Shown: piece by piece, positions 27,692 to 35,892 of the stretch
Numbering within the stretch: the first letter of the stretch is position 1
How the letters are laid out: each line of letters opens with the position of its first letter
NCBI GenBank assembly: GCA_038142145.1
Contig: JAYQJM010000005.1
Span: 515,816 to 579,815, forward strand
Source: Candidatus Actinomarina sp.
Lineage (GTDB): Bacteria; Actinomycetota; Acidimicrobiia; Actinomarinales; Actinomarinaceae
DNA: 64,000 bases
Direction: 5' to 3'
Notes under the pieces: generated by a model
What the model was told of the DNA's origin: nothing
The model's database searches: none
What the model saw: only the letters and a program-made list of their open reading frames with translations
Translations under genes and position numbers: made by a program

Positions 27692-27705
27692 TTACTTACT
27701 CCTTT

Positions 27706-27723
27706 GAATACTGTACACTATTC
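27706..27723. promoter_or_regulatory. Near-perfect 18-bp palindrome in the umuC / umuD-like divergent control region (candidate operator)
   Basis: GAATACTGTACACTATTC has 16 of 18 positions self-complementary (GAATA-c-TGTACA-c-TATTC). It does not match the host TCGAAC-N4-GTTCGA box. Confidence 0.4.
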
Positions 27724-27745
27724 TAAGAAAAAAGAAAGACATTTT

Positions 27746-28261
27746 ATGCCTCGAGGTGGAGCAAGAAAAGGAGCCGGTAGACCGAAAGGTCAAGGTAAGT
27801 ATGGAGAGCAGACAAAAGCTATCCGTATTCCTGTAAGTAAGGTTAAATATATTTCTGAAATTGTCAGTAAGGGGCTTTATGAAGTTCCTATGTACAGCAA
27901 TAAAGTGGCAGCTGGATTTCCATCCCCTGCTGATGATTACCTAGAGGATAAAATTGATCTCAATCAATATCTAGTCAAGCATCCTGCAGCTACATTTCTT
28001 GTGAGGGCATCTGGAGAATCAATGATTAATGCTGGTATATTTCCAAATGATATTTTAGTTGTCGATAGGAGTTTAAAAGCTGAAGAAGGAAAAGTGGTTA
28101 TAGCTGTTGTGGACAATGAGCTTACTGTAAAAAGATATCGAAAAAAAGGTAAGAATATTGTTCTAGAACCTGAAAACGAAGCCTACGATCCCATTATTAT
28201 TTCAGAGGAAAGTGAAGCATTTGTTTGGGGTGTTGTTACCAATGTCATTCACAACCTATAA
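27746..28261 (+). CDS. umuD: UmuD-like S24 peptidase with extended basic N-terminus
   Basis: Start taken at ATG 27746 (MPRGGARKGAGRPKG...). VAAG-FPSPADDYLEDKIDLNQYL, ASGESM and TVKRY parallel the UmuD cleavage site, catalytic Ser and catalytic Lys. Confidence 0.8.
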   Translation: MPRGGARKGAGRPKGQGKYGEQTKAIRIPVSKVKYISEIVSKGLYEVPMYSNKVAAGFPSPADDYLEDKIDLNQYLVKHPAATFLVRASGESMINAGIFPNDILVVDRSLKAEEGKVVIAVVDNELTVKRYRKKGKNIVLEPENEAYDPIIISEESEAFVWGVVTNVIHNL

Positions 28262-28264
28262 AAA

Positions 28265-28987
28265 TTAGATTTTTGCTTTACCCCAATAGTTATATCCCAA
28301 AAACTTCTGTGTTCCTGGTAAATAGATGTTGTCTAAATTTATGAAGTTAAATCCTGCATTTTTTAAAAGCATTTCTATATTTCTATTAGTGTGACAACCT
28401 CCTGAAATTTCGGGATAAAAAAAGTCTGTTGAGTTTTGTATAAAAGATACAAATTTATCGGGTGATAAACCATGTTCAGAAAATATAAAAATACCATCTT
28501 TCTTAAGGACTCTTTTAATTTCTTGTAAAGTTTTATCAGGTTCAGGAATTGAACATAATGCATAAGTACTAACTACAGTATCTATTGAATTGTCTTCAAC
28601 CGATAATTTACTAGCTGACTCTATCAAAAATTCAATATCTAAATCATGCTTGTTAGCTCTTTTTCTAGCTATTTCATTTAATTCTATTGAAGGATCTATG
28701 CCATATATTTTTTTTATCTTAGAACTGTCATAATGTTTCAAGTTAGACCCTGGTCCAATACCTATTTCTAGAACAACCCCGTATGCTTCAGGTATCACTT
28801 TCTTTCTTTGATAGTCAATAGGTCGAGAATTACATGTTGTATTAATTAATACTGGAAGAATATATTTTTCATATAAAGTTTTACTAAAAAGACGAATAAT
28901 TGGAAAAATTAAAAATAATAATATATTTGAAACAATTAGATATACTAACTTTTTCAAATTAATGTCCTCCTCGAGGAACTCCCCCAT
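28265..28987 (-). CDS. Class I SAM-dependent methyltransferase with N-terminal TM helix
   Basis: Motif I VLEIGIGPGSN and post-I IYGIDPS, in a Methyltransf_11-like layout. Confidence 0.75.
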   Translation of the reverse strand: MGEFLEEDINLKKLVYLIVSNILLFLIFPIIRLFSKTLYEKYILPVLINTTCNSRPIDYQRKKVIPEAYGVVLEIGIGPGSNLKHYDSSKIKKIYGIDPSIELNEIARKRANKHDLDIEFLIESASKLSVEDNSIDTVVSTYALCSIPEPDKTLQEIKRVLKKDGIFIFSEHGLSPDKFVSFIQNSTDFFYPEISGGCHTNRNIEMLLKNAGFNFINLDNIYLPGTQKFLGYNYWGKAKI

Positions 28988-29465
28988 ATTTCATACGTGT
29001 ATCACCCATATAAGCTGCTCTCTCGTCTGGATTATTGGTGTTACAATCGACAATCTCGCCAACAAAAAAAGTATGAGTTCCAAAATTAATTTTTTCTTTA
29101 GTTTTCAACTCAAACCAAACTGATGCATTTTCAAAAATAGGAACAGAATTATTTGTTAACTTTATTGGTTCTTTGTTTAAAAAACCTACATTGTATTCAG
29201 CTGGTTTAGAAAATTTCACAAAAACCTTTGTATATTCAGGTGAAAATAAATTTACCGTAAAAAAGTCACTATTATTCATTAGTTTATAAGTGACACTTTT
29301 GTTGTCTATACCAACTCCAATTAAGGCTGGATCCATACTAACTTGAGTAAGCCAACTAGCAGTCATACCATTGAATTCTCCATCTGCGTGGCTACCAATT
29401 ATTGCTAGTGGACTTGGAATTTTCCAAGTAGAAACATTTATATCTTCTGGGGTGAGATCACTCAT
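28959..29465 (-). CDS. Flavin reductase-like (split-barrel FMN-binding) protein
   Basis: PSPLAIIGSHADGEFNGMTASWLTQVSMDPALIG is the typical flavin-reductase domain signature. It overlaps the upstream LLM oxidoreductase gene. Confidence 0.75.
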   Translation of the reverse strand: MSDLTPEDINVSTWKIPSPLAIIGSHADGEFNGMTASWLTQVSMDPALIGVGIDNKSVTYKLMNNSDFFTVNLFSPEYTKVFVKFSKPAEYNVGFLNKEPIKLTNNSVPIFENASVWFELKTKEKINFGTHTFFVGEIVDCNTNNPDERAAYMGDTRMKYGGVPRGGH

Positions 29466-30504
29466 TTAAATTTTCAATTATAAATTTTATAGTTTCAAAA
29501 TCTAGTGGAATACCAATCGATAATTCAGTTACATTCGATTTTTTCCAATTTTCTAATTTTTTTAGAATAGATTCTTTTGATCCAACCAAAGTTAAATCAT
29601 CTAATAGTTCAGCTGGAAAATGTTTTTCAGCTTCTTGTTTATCGCCTGCCAAATATAAATCTTGTATTTTTTCAGCATTTTCCTTGTATCCATAATCACA
29701 TAAAAGATTGAAATAAAAATTTTTAGTTTTTGCTCCCATTCCACCAACATACAATGTGTATGTTGATCTAGCTGGTGATAGATAGATTTCTTTTTCTTCT
29801 TCTTCACATATCCTTGCATAAACTGGTGCAGAAATCTCGAAAGATTTTCTTTTATCAGGATTGTTAGACTTCTCAAAGCCTGAATCTAAATATTGATTAA
29901 AAATATTATCACCTTTTGTTGGTGAATACATAAAAGGTAACCAACCGTCTGCAATCTCTGCTGTAAGTTCAATATTTTTTGGACCGATTGCAGCTAAATA
30001 TATTTCTATATCTTTTCTTAATGGATTTTCAATTAGTCTTAAAGGTTTTCCTAGATTTGTTGTTCCCTCTCCTGATAAAGGAAGATTGTAGTATTCTCCC
30101 TCAAACTCTAGATTGGTTTCTCTTTTAAATATTTTTCTTACAATTTCAACGTATTCTCTAGTTTTTTTTAAAGGCTTACCGTAAGGCACACCATGCCAAC
30201 CTTCTACAACTTGTGGACCAGATACACCTAATCCCATCCTAAAACGTCCATTTGAAAGTTTGTCTAAAGTAACTGCAGTCATAGCTGCCATCGCGGGTGT
30301 TCTAGATGGTATCTGCATGATGCCAGATCCAAGTTTGATATTTTTTGTTAAACCAGCAAAATATGAAAGCGGAGTTATTGCATCGTAACCATAAGCTTCC
30401 GCAGTCCAAATGCATTCGACACCAATATTATCAAGATTTTTTATGAGTTCTACATCGTTTGATATGTGTGGTCCAAAATATCCTACATTTACGCTGACTT
30501 TCAT
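29458..30504 (-). CDS. LLM-class (luciferase-like) oxidoreductase, F420- or FMN-dependent
   Basis: WTAEAYGYDAITPLSYFAG...GSGIMQIPSRTPAMAAMTAVTLDKLSNGRFRMGLGVSGPQVVEGWHG matches the LLM F420-dependent oxidoreductase pattern. Confidence 0.8.
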   Translation of the reverse strand: MKVSVNVGYFGPHISNDVELIKNLDNIGVECIWTAEAYGYDAITPLSYFAGLTKNIKLGSGIMQIPSRTPAMAAMTAVTLDKLSNGRFRMGLGVSGPQVVEGWHGVPYGKPLKKTREYVEIVRKIFKRETNLEFEGEYYNLPLSGEGTTNLGKPLRLIENPLRKDIEIYLAAIGPKNIELTAEIADGWLPFMYSPTKGDNIFNQYLDSGFEKSNNPDKRKSFEISAPVYARICEEEEKEIYLSPARSTYTLYVGGMGAKTKNFYFNLLCDYGYKENAEKIQDLYLAGDKQEAEKHFPAELLDDLTLVGSKESILKKLENWKKSNVTELSIGIPLDFETIKFIIENLNE

Positions 30505-30513
30505 GTAATTAGC

Positions 30514-31035
30514 TTACTCGATAGATATTGATATGTAATTTTCGGGTGTAAATAGTGAATTCATGGCAACATCATGGTCTTCGGTAGGTACAGAATGAAT
30601 AATTCTTGAATTATTAGCTATTCCTATTTTTATTGATTTCGGATAATTTACTAATAACTTATCATAATAACCAGCTCCTCTTCCCAATCTGTTTCCACCT
30701 AAATCAAAAGCTAAACCAGGTACTAGAAATACATCCACGTTGTTTACTTCATCAATGTTAAAAGGCTGCTTTACACCAAATTTATTCAACTCAAAAGGTT
30801 CTGATAAACGAGTTACTTTAACTTCATCATAGACATCAGCAAGAACACTGACATCCGAAGCAACATTTAAAAAACTATTAATATTTATTTCATTTTTTAA
30901 AGGTAGATAAGTACAAATTGATTTATTAGATATAACATCAATAAAATCATTCAATGATTCATGTGATGGTGTAAAACTCGTATTTGAGTTCATTAAAGCA
31001 AATTTTCTTAACTCTTTTTTTAAATCTGTTGTCAT
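30514..31035 (-). CDS. 5-formyltetrahydrofolate cyclo-ligase
   Basis: VFLVPGLAFDLGGNRLGRGAGYYDKLL is the family signature. Confidence 0.8.
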   Translation of the reverse strand: MTTDLKKELRKFALMNSNTSFTPSHESLNDFIDVISNKSICTYLPLKNEININSFLNVASDVSVLADVYDEVKVTRLSEPFELNKFGVKQPFNIDEVNNVDVFLVPGLAFDLGGNRLGRGAGYYDKLLVNYPKSIKIGIANNSRIIHSVPTEDHDVAMNSLFTPENYISISIE

Positions 31036-31065
31036 TATGCAATTATTTTAAAGTACAATATCTAC

Positions 31066-31797
31066 ATGTTAAAGAACAAAATATTTTCTTGGATAAATAT
31101 GTTCATTATGGCAATTTATACAATTCCAGTTGCATATTCAATATGGTTTGTGGGATTGTTTGATAAATATTCAAAAATTAAATACCACATTGCTCAAAGT
31201 TGGGCAACAGTTTGGATGTGGGCTGCTAGATCGAAAGTAACATTAATCAAAAATTTTGAATACCAAAAAAATCAACCTTATGTTGTAATATCAAATCACC
31301 TTTCAAATCTAGATCCAATGATCCAATTTAAATACTTAAAAATTAAGTGGGTATTTATGGCAAAAAAAGAAGTATATAAATTACCTTTTTTCAGGACTGC
31401 TGCCAAATCTTTTAACTTTATTAAAGTTGATCGATCTGACAAAAATGATAGACAAAGTATTAACGAACAAGCAAAAGTGTTGTTTAAAAACGGATGGTCT
31501 TTAATGGTTTATCCACAAGGCACAAGAGCAAAAAAAGATTCCTTTCTGCCATTTAAAAGTGGTGCATTTCATATAGCTATGGATAATAATATACCCATAT
31601 TGCCTGTTGTTATTGCAGGTACAGGTGACATTTGGCCTAGGGGTGCTAAGTACTTAAAAAGCGGTAAAGCATTCATTAAAACTTTAGAACCTATTGATAT
31701 TTCAAAATACAATAAAGAAAATATAGAAGAATTGGTCTACGAAACTCAAGAAAAAATGAAAAAGGTATATCTTGAATTAGTAGAAAAAGTAAAGTAG
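31066..31797 (+). CDS. plsC: 1-acyl-sn-glycerol-3-phosphate acyltransferase
   Basis: HxxxxD motif (SNHLSNLDP) and PQGTR, with an N-terminal TM helix. Confidence 0.8.
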   Translation: MLKNKIFSWINMFIMAIYTIPVAYSIWFVGLFDKYSKIKYHIAQSWATVWMWAARSKVTLIKNFEYQKNQPYVVISNHLSNLDPMIQFKYLKIKWVFMAKKEVYKLPFFRTAAKSFNFIKVDRSDKNDRQSINEQAKVLFKNGWSLMVYPQGTRAKKDSFLPFKSGAFHIAMDNNIPILPVVIAGTGDIWPRGAKYLKSGKAFIKTLEPIDISKYNKENIEELVYETQEKMKKVYLELVEKVK

Positions 31798-31802
31798 TAA
31801 TT

Positions 31803-32318
31803 ATGGACTTACTTTTAGCTGCTTTAGGCATTTTTCTTTTACGCTTACTAGATCAAACACTTGGGACATTAAGAACCTTGTATGTAAACAAAGGTATGCC
31901 TGTGTTTGGTGCAGTTTTAGGTTTTGTAGAATCGGCAATCTGGATTGTCGCTATCTCTCAAGTTATTCAAGACATAAGCGACCCACTCTTAATTACTGGA
32001 TATGCTCTAGGATTTGCTTCTGGAACAATAGTTGGTTCTTATATTGAAAACACAATCGCTATTGGTGATGTTGTTGTAAGAATCTTTGCACCTAAAGACA
32101 GCGATAGTACTGAAGTAGCAAGAGTATTAAGAGAAGAAGGTTTTGGAGTAACAATTATTAATGGTGAAGGCATGCATGGAGAGGTTTCCATAGCATGGTG
32201 TGTCACACCACGAAAAAAAGTAAAGCAAGTATTAAATATAGTTTCTGAAATAAATCCAGATGCTTATGTTACAACAGAACCTACTAACCCAACTAAGTTA
32301 ACAGGTAATAGAAAATAG
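31803..32318 (+). CDS. UPF0316/DUF2179 family membrane protein
   Basis: Three N-terminal TM helices (LGTLRTLYVNKG...) plus a C-terminal DUF2179-like domain (GFGVTIINGEGMHGE). Confidence 0.7.
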   Translation: MDLLLAALGIFLLRLLDQTLGTLRTLYVNKGMPVFGAVLGFVESAIWIVAISQVIQDISDPLLITGYALGFASGTIVGSYIENTIAIGDVVVRIFAPKDSDSTEVARVLREEGFGVTIINGEGMHGEVSIAWCVTPRKKVKQVLNIVSEINPDAYVTTEPTNPTKLTGNRK

Positions 32319-32319
32319 A

Positions 32320-34620
32320 CTAGAGTCCTTTTTCAAATTCATCTTCAAAGGAAACTCTTTTTCTTTTTTGATTTCCATTACCAGATGGTTTTGAACCATT
32401 CCTTCTATTATTTCTACCTCTATCGTTAGAGGGCTTGCCTCTTTTAGAATCTGATTTTCCTTCAGAGACAGCATCCTCAGGAATTTCTAAATCTTCTTTA
32501 GGTGATAAACTAACTTTTCCTTTTTCGATTGAGTCCACCTTAACAACTAATTTATCACCAACACTGACAACTTTTTCAACGTCGCCAACTCTTTTTGATG
32601 AGTGAAATTTAGAAACGTGAAGTAGACCATCTCTTCCAGGTAAAATGTTAACAAAAGCACCATACGAAGCAACACTTACGATTTCTCCTTCATACTCTTC
32701 CCCCACTTCTGCTTCTGGAGGATCGATAATTAACATAACCATTTCTTTTGCAACTGCAATGCTTTCTTCTTCAGTTGATCCTAAAGTTAATATTCCATCA
32801 TCATCGATTTCAACAGTGCAACCAGTTTCTTCTTCAATCTTCTTAATGTTTTTTCCTTTAGGTCCAATTACTTCACCAATTTTATCTTTCGGCAATTCAA
32901 TTGTTTCAAGACGTGGTGCATTTCCAGATAGACTTTCAGCAGGTTCTGAGATAGTATCTTCCATTATGTCTAAGATATGATGCCTAGCATCCATTGCTTG
33001 ATTGAGTGCTTTTCTCAATACATCAGAAGGTAATCCCTCTATTTTCATATCTAGCTGTAATGCTGTAATTACATTTCTAGTACCAGCCACTTTAAAGTCC
33101 ATATCACCAAGAGCATCTTCAGCACCTAGAATGTCTGTTAAGGTGACGTATTCACCATCTTTAGATATTAATCCCATTGCAATTCCTGCTACATGTTCTC
33201 TAATTGGAACTCCTGCTGCCATCAAAGATAAACTTGATGCACAAACTGAAGCTTGTGATGTAGAACCATTTGAAGAAATAGCTTCACTTACAAGTCTTAT
33301 AGTGTATGGAAAATCTATTTTAGGTGGGACAACTGGAACTAATGCTTTTTCAGCCAGAGCGCCATGACCTATCTCACGCCTCTTTGGACCTCTCATTGGA
33401 TAAGCTTCACCAGTTGAATAAGGTGGGAAGTTGTAATGATGCATGTAGCGTTTTGATGTCACTGTATCAATCGTATCCAACATTTGCTCTAGTCTTGACA
33501 TACCAAGTGTTGTTACATTTAATACTTGCGTTTCTCCTCTAAGAAACATTGCTGATCCATGAACCTTTGGTAAAAGATTAATTTCTGCTGTTATGTTTCT
33601 AATATCTGTAGGAGTTCTACCATCTAACCTTGGACCACCAGAAATTACTCTACCTCTAACAGTTGATTTAACTAAAGATTTAAATGCAGATTTAATTGCA
33701 CCAGTGTTATCTTCTTCAGAATCTAAAAATTTCTCAATAACTTCTGCTTCAAGAGATTTCTGAGCTTCGCTTCTTTCAGACCTATCTGTAATAGCAACAA
33801 CATCTTCAACAGTAGTTTGAAATTCTTGTGTTATTGAATCAAGTAATTCTTGTGGATAATCTTCAACCATAGGCCATTCAATTTGTGGAACTTCTCTTTG
33901 AGAAACCAATTCTTTTTGTGCCTTAATTAGTTCCATAATGTAATCTTTTGAAAGATCAATACCATCTGCAACGACATTTTCTGATGGAGCTAAACTACCC
34001 TCATCAATTTTTGAGAATGAACTTTCATTAGCACCAGCCTCAACCATTACAATATCTATTTGATCACTGCTATTAAGACTTCCAGCAACAACCATATCAA
34101 ATACAGAATCTTCTAACTCGGTATTTGTTGCTTGAGCTACCCATTCATCATTTATAAGGGACATTCTAACTGCGCCTACTGGTGACTCTAATGGAACTCC
34201 TGCTAGTTGAAGACCAAGTGAAGCTGCATTGAGTGCTAAAATATCATACTCATTTTCATTATCAACGCTAAGAACAGTCGCTATGATTTGAGTTTCACAC
34301 CTGAATCCATCTTTAAATGAGGGTCTAAGTGGTCTGTCTATTAACCTACTTGCAAGAATTGCTTTTTCTGTTTGCCTACCTTCTCTTCTAAAAAAACCAC
34401 CAGGAATTTTACCAGCAGCATACATTCTCTCTTCAACATCAACTGTTAGTGGGAAGAAATCTATACCATCTCTTACAGACTTGTTAGCAACTGAAGTAAC
34501 CAAAACATTGGTTTCGCCAGAAGTAACAACAACTGAGCCTGGAGCTTGAAGTGCTAATTTTCCTGTTTCAAAAGTAATTTCAGAATTACCAATAGTAACC
34601 TTGACGTTATTAACGGTCAT
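32320..34620 (-). CDS. pnp: Polyribonucleotide nucleotidyltransferase (PNPase)
   Basis: 766 aa with two RNase PH domains, a KH domain (IGEVIGPKGKNIKKI), an S1 domain (YGAFVNILPGRDGLLHVS) and a basic C-terminal tail. Confidence 0.97.
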   Translation of the reverse strand: MTVNNVKVTIGNSEITFETGKLALQAPGSVVVTSGETNVLVTSVANKSVRDGIDFFPLTVDVEERMYAAGKIPGGFFRREGRQTEKAILASRLIDRPLRPSFKDGFRCETQIIATVLSVDNENEYDILALNAASLGLQLAGVPLESPVGAVRMSLINDEWVAQATNTELEDSVFDMVVAGSLNSSDQIDIVMVEAGANESSFSKIDEGSLAPSENVVADGIDLSKDYIMELIKAQKELVSQREVPQIEWPMVEDYPQELLDSITQEFQTTVEDVVAITDRSERSEAQKSLEAEVIEKFLDSEEDNTGAIKSAFKSLVKSTVRGRVISGGPRLDGRTPTDIRNITAEINLLPKVHGSAMFLRGETQVLNVTTLGMSRLEQMLDTIDTVTSKRYMHHYNFPPYSTGEAYPMRGPKRREIGHGALAEKALVPVVPPKIDFPYTIRLVSEAISSNGSTSQASVCASSLSLMAAGVPIREHVAGIAMGLISKDGEYVTLTDILGAEDALGDMDFKVAGTRNVITALQLDMKIEGLPSDVLRKALNQAMDARHHILDIMEDTISEPAESLSGNAPRLETIELPKDKIGEVIGPKGKNIKKIEEETGCTVEIDDDGILTLGSTEEESIAVAKEMVMLIIDPPEAEVGEEYEGEIVSVASYGAFVNILPGRDGLLHVSKFHSSKRVGDVEKVVSVGDKLVVKVDSIEKGKVSLSPKEDLEIPEDAVSEGKSDSKRGKPSNDRGRNNRRNGSKPSGNGNQKRKRVSFEDEFEKGL

Positions 34621-34645
34621 ATAACCTCTTTCTTGACCAAGGTTA

Positions 34646-34680
34646 TTAATTGTCAGCTTTCAACAAAAGCTCTCAATTAA
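34646..34680 (-). promoter_or_regulatory. Stem-loop in the rpsO-pnp intergenic region (candidate pnp leader processing/attenuation hairpin)
   Basis: TTAATTG-tc-AGCTTT-caaca-AAAGCT-ct-CAATTAA forms 7-bp and 6-bp stems around a 2x2 internal loop. No trailing T-run. Confidence 0.35.
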
Positions 34681-34698
34681 CAACACAAGGTCTATGTT

Positions 34699-34965
34699 TT
34701 ATCTTCTTAAACCTAACTTTTCAATAATATCACGGTATCTTTGAACATCCTGATTTTGAAGATACTGTAAAAGACGTTTTCTTTTTCCTACCAACATTAA
34801 AAGACCTCTTCTTGTATGATGATCTTTTTTATGAGTTTTCAAATGTTCAGTTAAATGATCAATTCTGTTGCTTAATAGTGCAACTTGAACTTCCGCTGAA
34901 CCAGTATCGGAATCAGACTTACCGTATTCGTTAATTATTTCTTGTTTTGTTTTCATTCGAGTCAA
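34699..34965 (-). CDS. rpsO: 30S ribosomal protein S15
   Basis: 88 aa with the S15 signature ([35 protein letters not shown]). Confidence 0.97.
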   Translation of the reverse strand: MTRMKTKQEIINEYGKSDSDTGSAEVQVALLSNRIDHLTEHLKTHKKDHHTRRGLLMLVGKRKRLLQYLQNQDVQRYRDIIEKLGLRR

Positions 34966-34998
34966 TAATAGTATCTTGTATATCTAAAGTGAAGAATA

Positions 34999-35892
34999 TT
35001 ACTTATTCTTTATTGAGTCAATATCAGCTTGTATTTGTTCAAGAAGATCGTCTATTGATTCAAATTTTTTTTCAGGTCTGATAAATCGTTGGAGTCTTAT
35101 CTTTATTTCTTCTCCATAAATATCTTGATCAAAATTAAATAAATGAGCCTCAACTTTAAGAACTTTTCTATCGACTACAGTAGGTGCATAACCAATATTG
35201 ACTATTCCCCTATAAACATCATTATTTAAATCACATTCAATTTCATAAACACCCAATCTAGGAAAATAAATTTCATGCTCTAATTTAATGTTTGCAGTTG
35301 GAAAACCAATCTTTGACCCCAACCTCATACCTTTAACAACTTTACCTGAAATTTCATACTCCCTACCAAGAAAAGCATTCACTTTACCAATATTGCCTTC
35401 ATCTAAATAATTTCTTATTTTTGTAGATGATACTTTTTCATTCTCAATAAAAAAATCATCTAAAATAATCACATTTTCATCTCCGAAAAAATTGATTAAT
35501 GTTTGAACATCTCCGGACCTATCTTTCCCAAATTTGAAATCTTTACCAACTATTATTTTTTTGGTTTTAAGGTTTTTTACTAATAAGTCTAAAAATTCCT
35601 CTGAAGAAATTTTATTTACTTTACTAAATTCTAAATAAACAATATTGGAAGGATTAAAGCTTTTTAAAATGGTGTTTCTTAAAGTATTACTTAAAATTGG
35701 CTTTAATTTTTTGTTAAAATATATTTTGGGTAATGTGTCAAAAGTAATAATTTGAAAATTCTTACTATATTTAAACGTACTTTTTATAAGTTCCAGATGA
35801 CCAAGATGCAAACCATCGAATGCACCAATGCATGAAATATCGATTTCTGAATTAACTACATCTTTACTTGAGAAGTGTTCGTATATATTCAT
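34999..35892 (-). CDS. ribF: Bifunctional riboflavin kinase / FMN adenylyltransferase
   Basis: GAFDGLHLGH, then the riboflavin-kinase half (GFPTANI, YRGIVNIGYAPT, PEKKFESIDDL). Confidence 0.9.
   Translation of the reverse strand: MNIYEHFSSKDVVNSEIDISCIGAFDGLHLGHLELIKSTFKYSKNFQIITFDTLPKIYFNKKLKPILSNTLRNTILKSFNPSNIVYLEFSKVNKISSEEFLDLLVKNLKTKKIIVGKDFKFGKDRSGDVQTLINFFGDENVIILDDFFIENEKVSSTKIRNYLDEGNIGKVNAFLGREYEISGKVVKGMRLGSKIGFPTANIKLEHEIYFPRLGVYEIECDLNNDVYRGIVNIGYAPTVVDRKVLKVEAHLFNFDQDIYGEEIKIRLQRFIRPEKKFESIDDLLEQIQADIDSIKNK

Noticed and set aside
27710-27728. A possible E. coli-type LexA box, because of TACTGTAC.
   Set aside because: Only the CTGT half is present and no ACAG lies 8 nt downstream. 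It also fails the actinobacterial consensus even allowing a 1-nt spacer change. The sequence is better described as its own 18-bp palindrome.
32645-33542. Three plus-strand ORFs (111, 121 and 72 aa) inside the pnp gene.
   Set aside because: They are antisense shadow ORFs within a highly conserved gene. They are low-complexity, Ser/Ile-rich and lack motifs. The same reasoning applies to the antisense ORFs inside recA-region genes, nusA (40305..40718), infB, the gap genes (58114..58500, 58839..59606), phnD (9671..9919) and others in the track.
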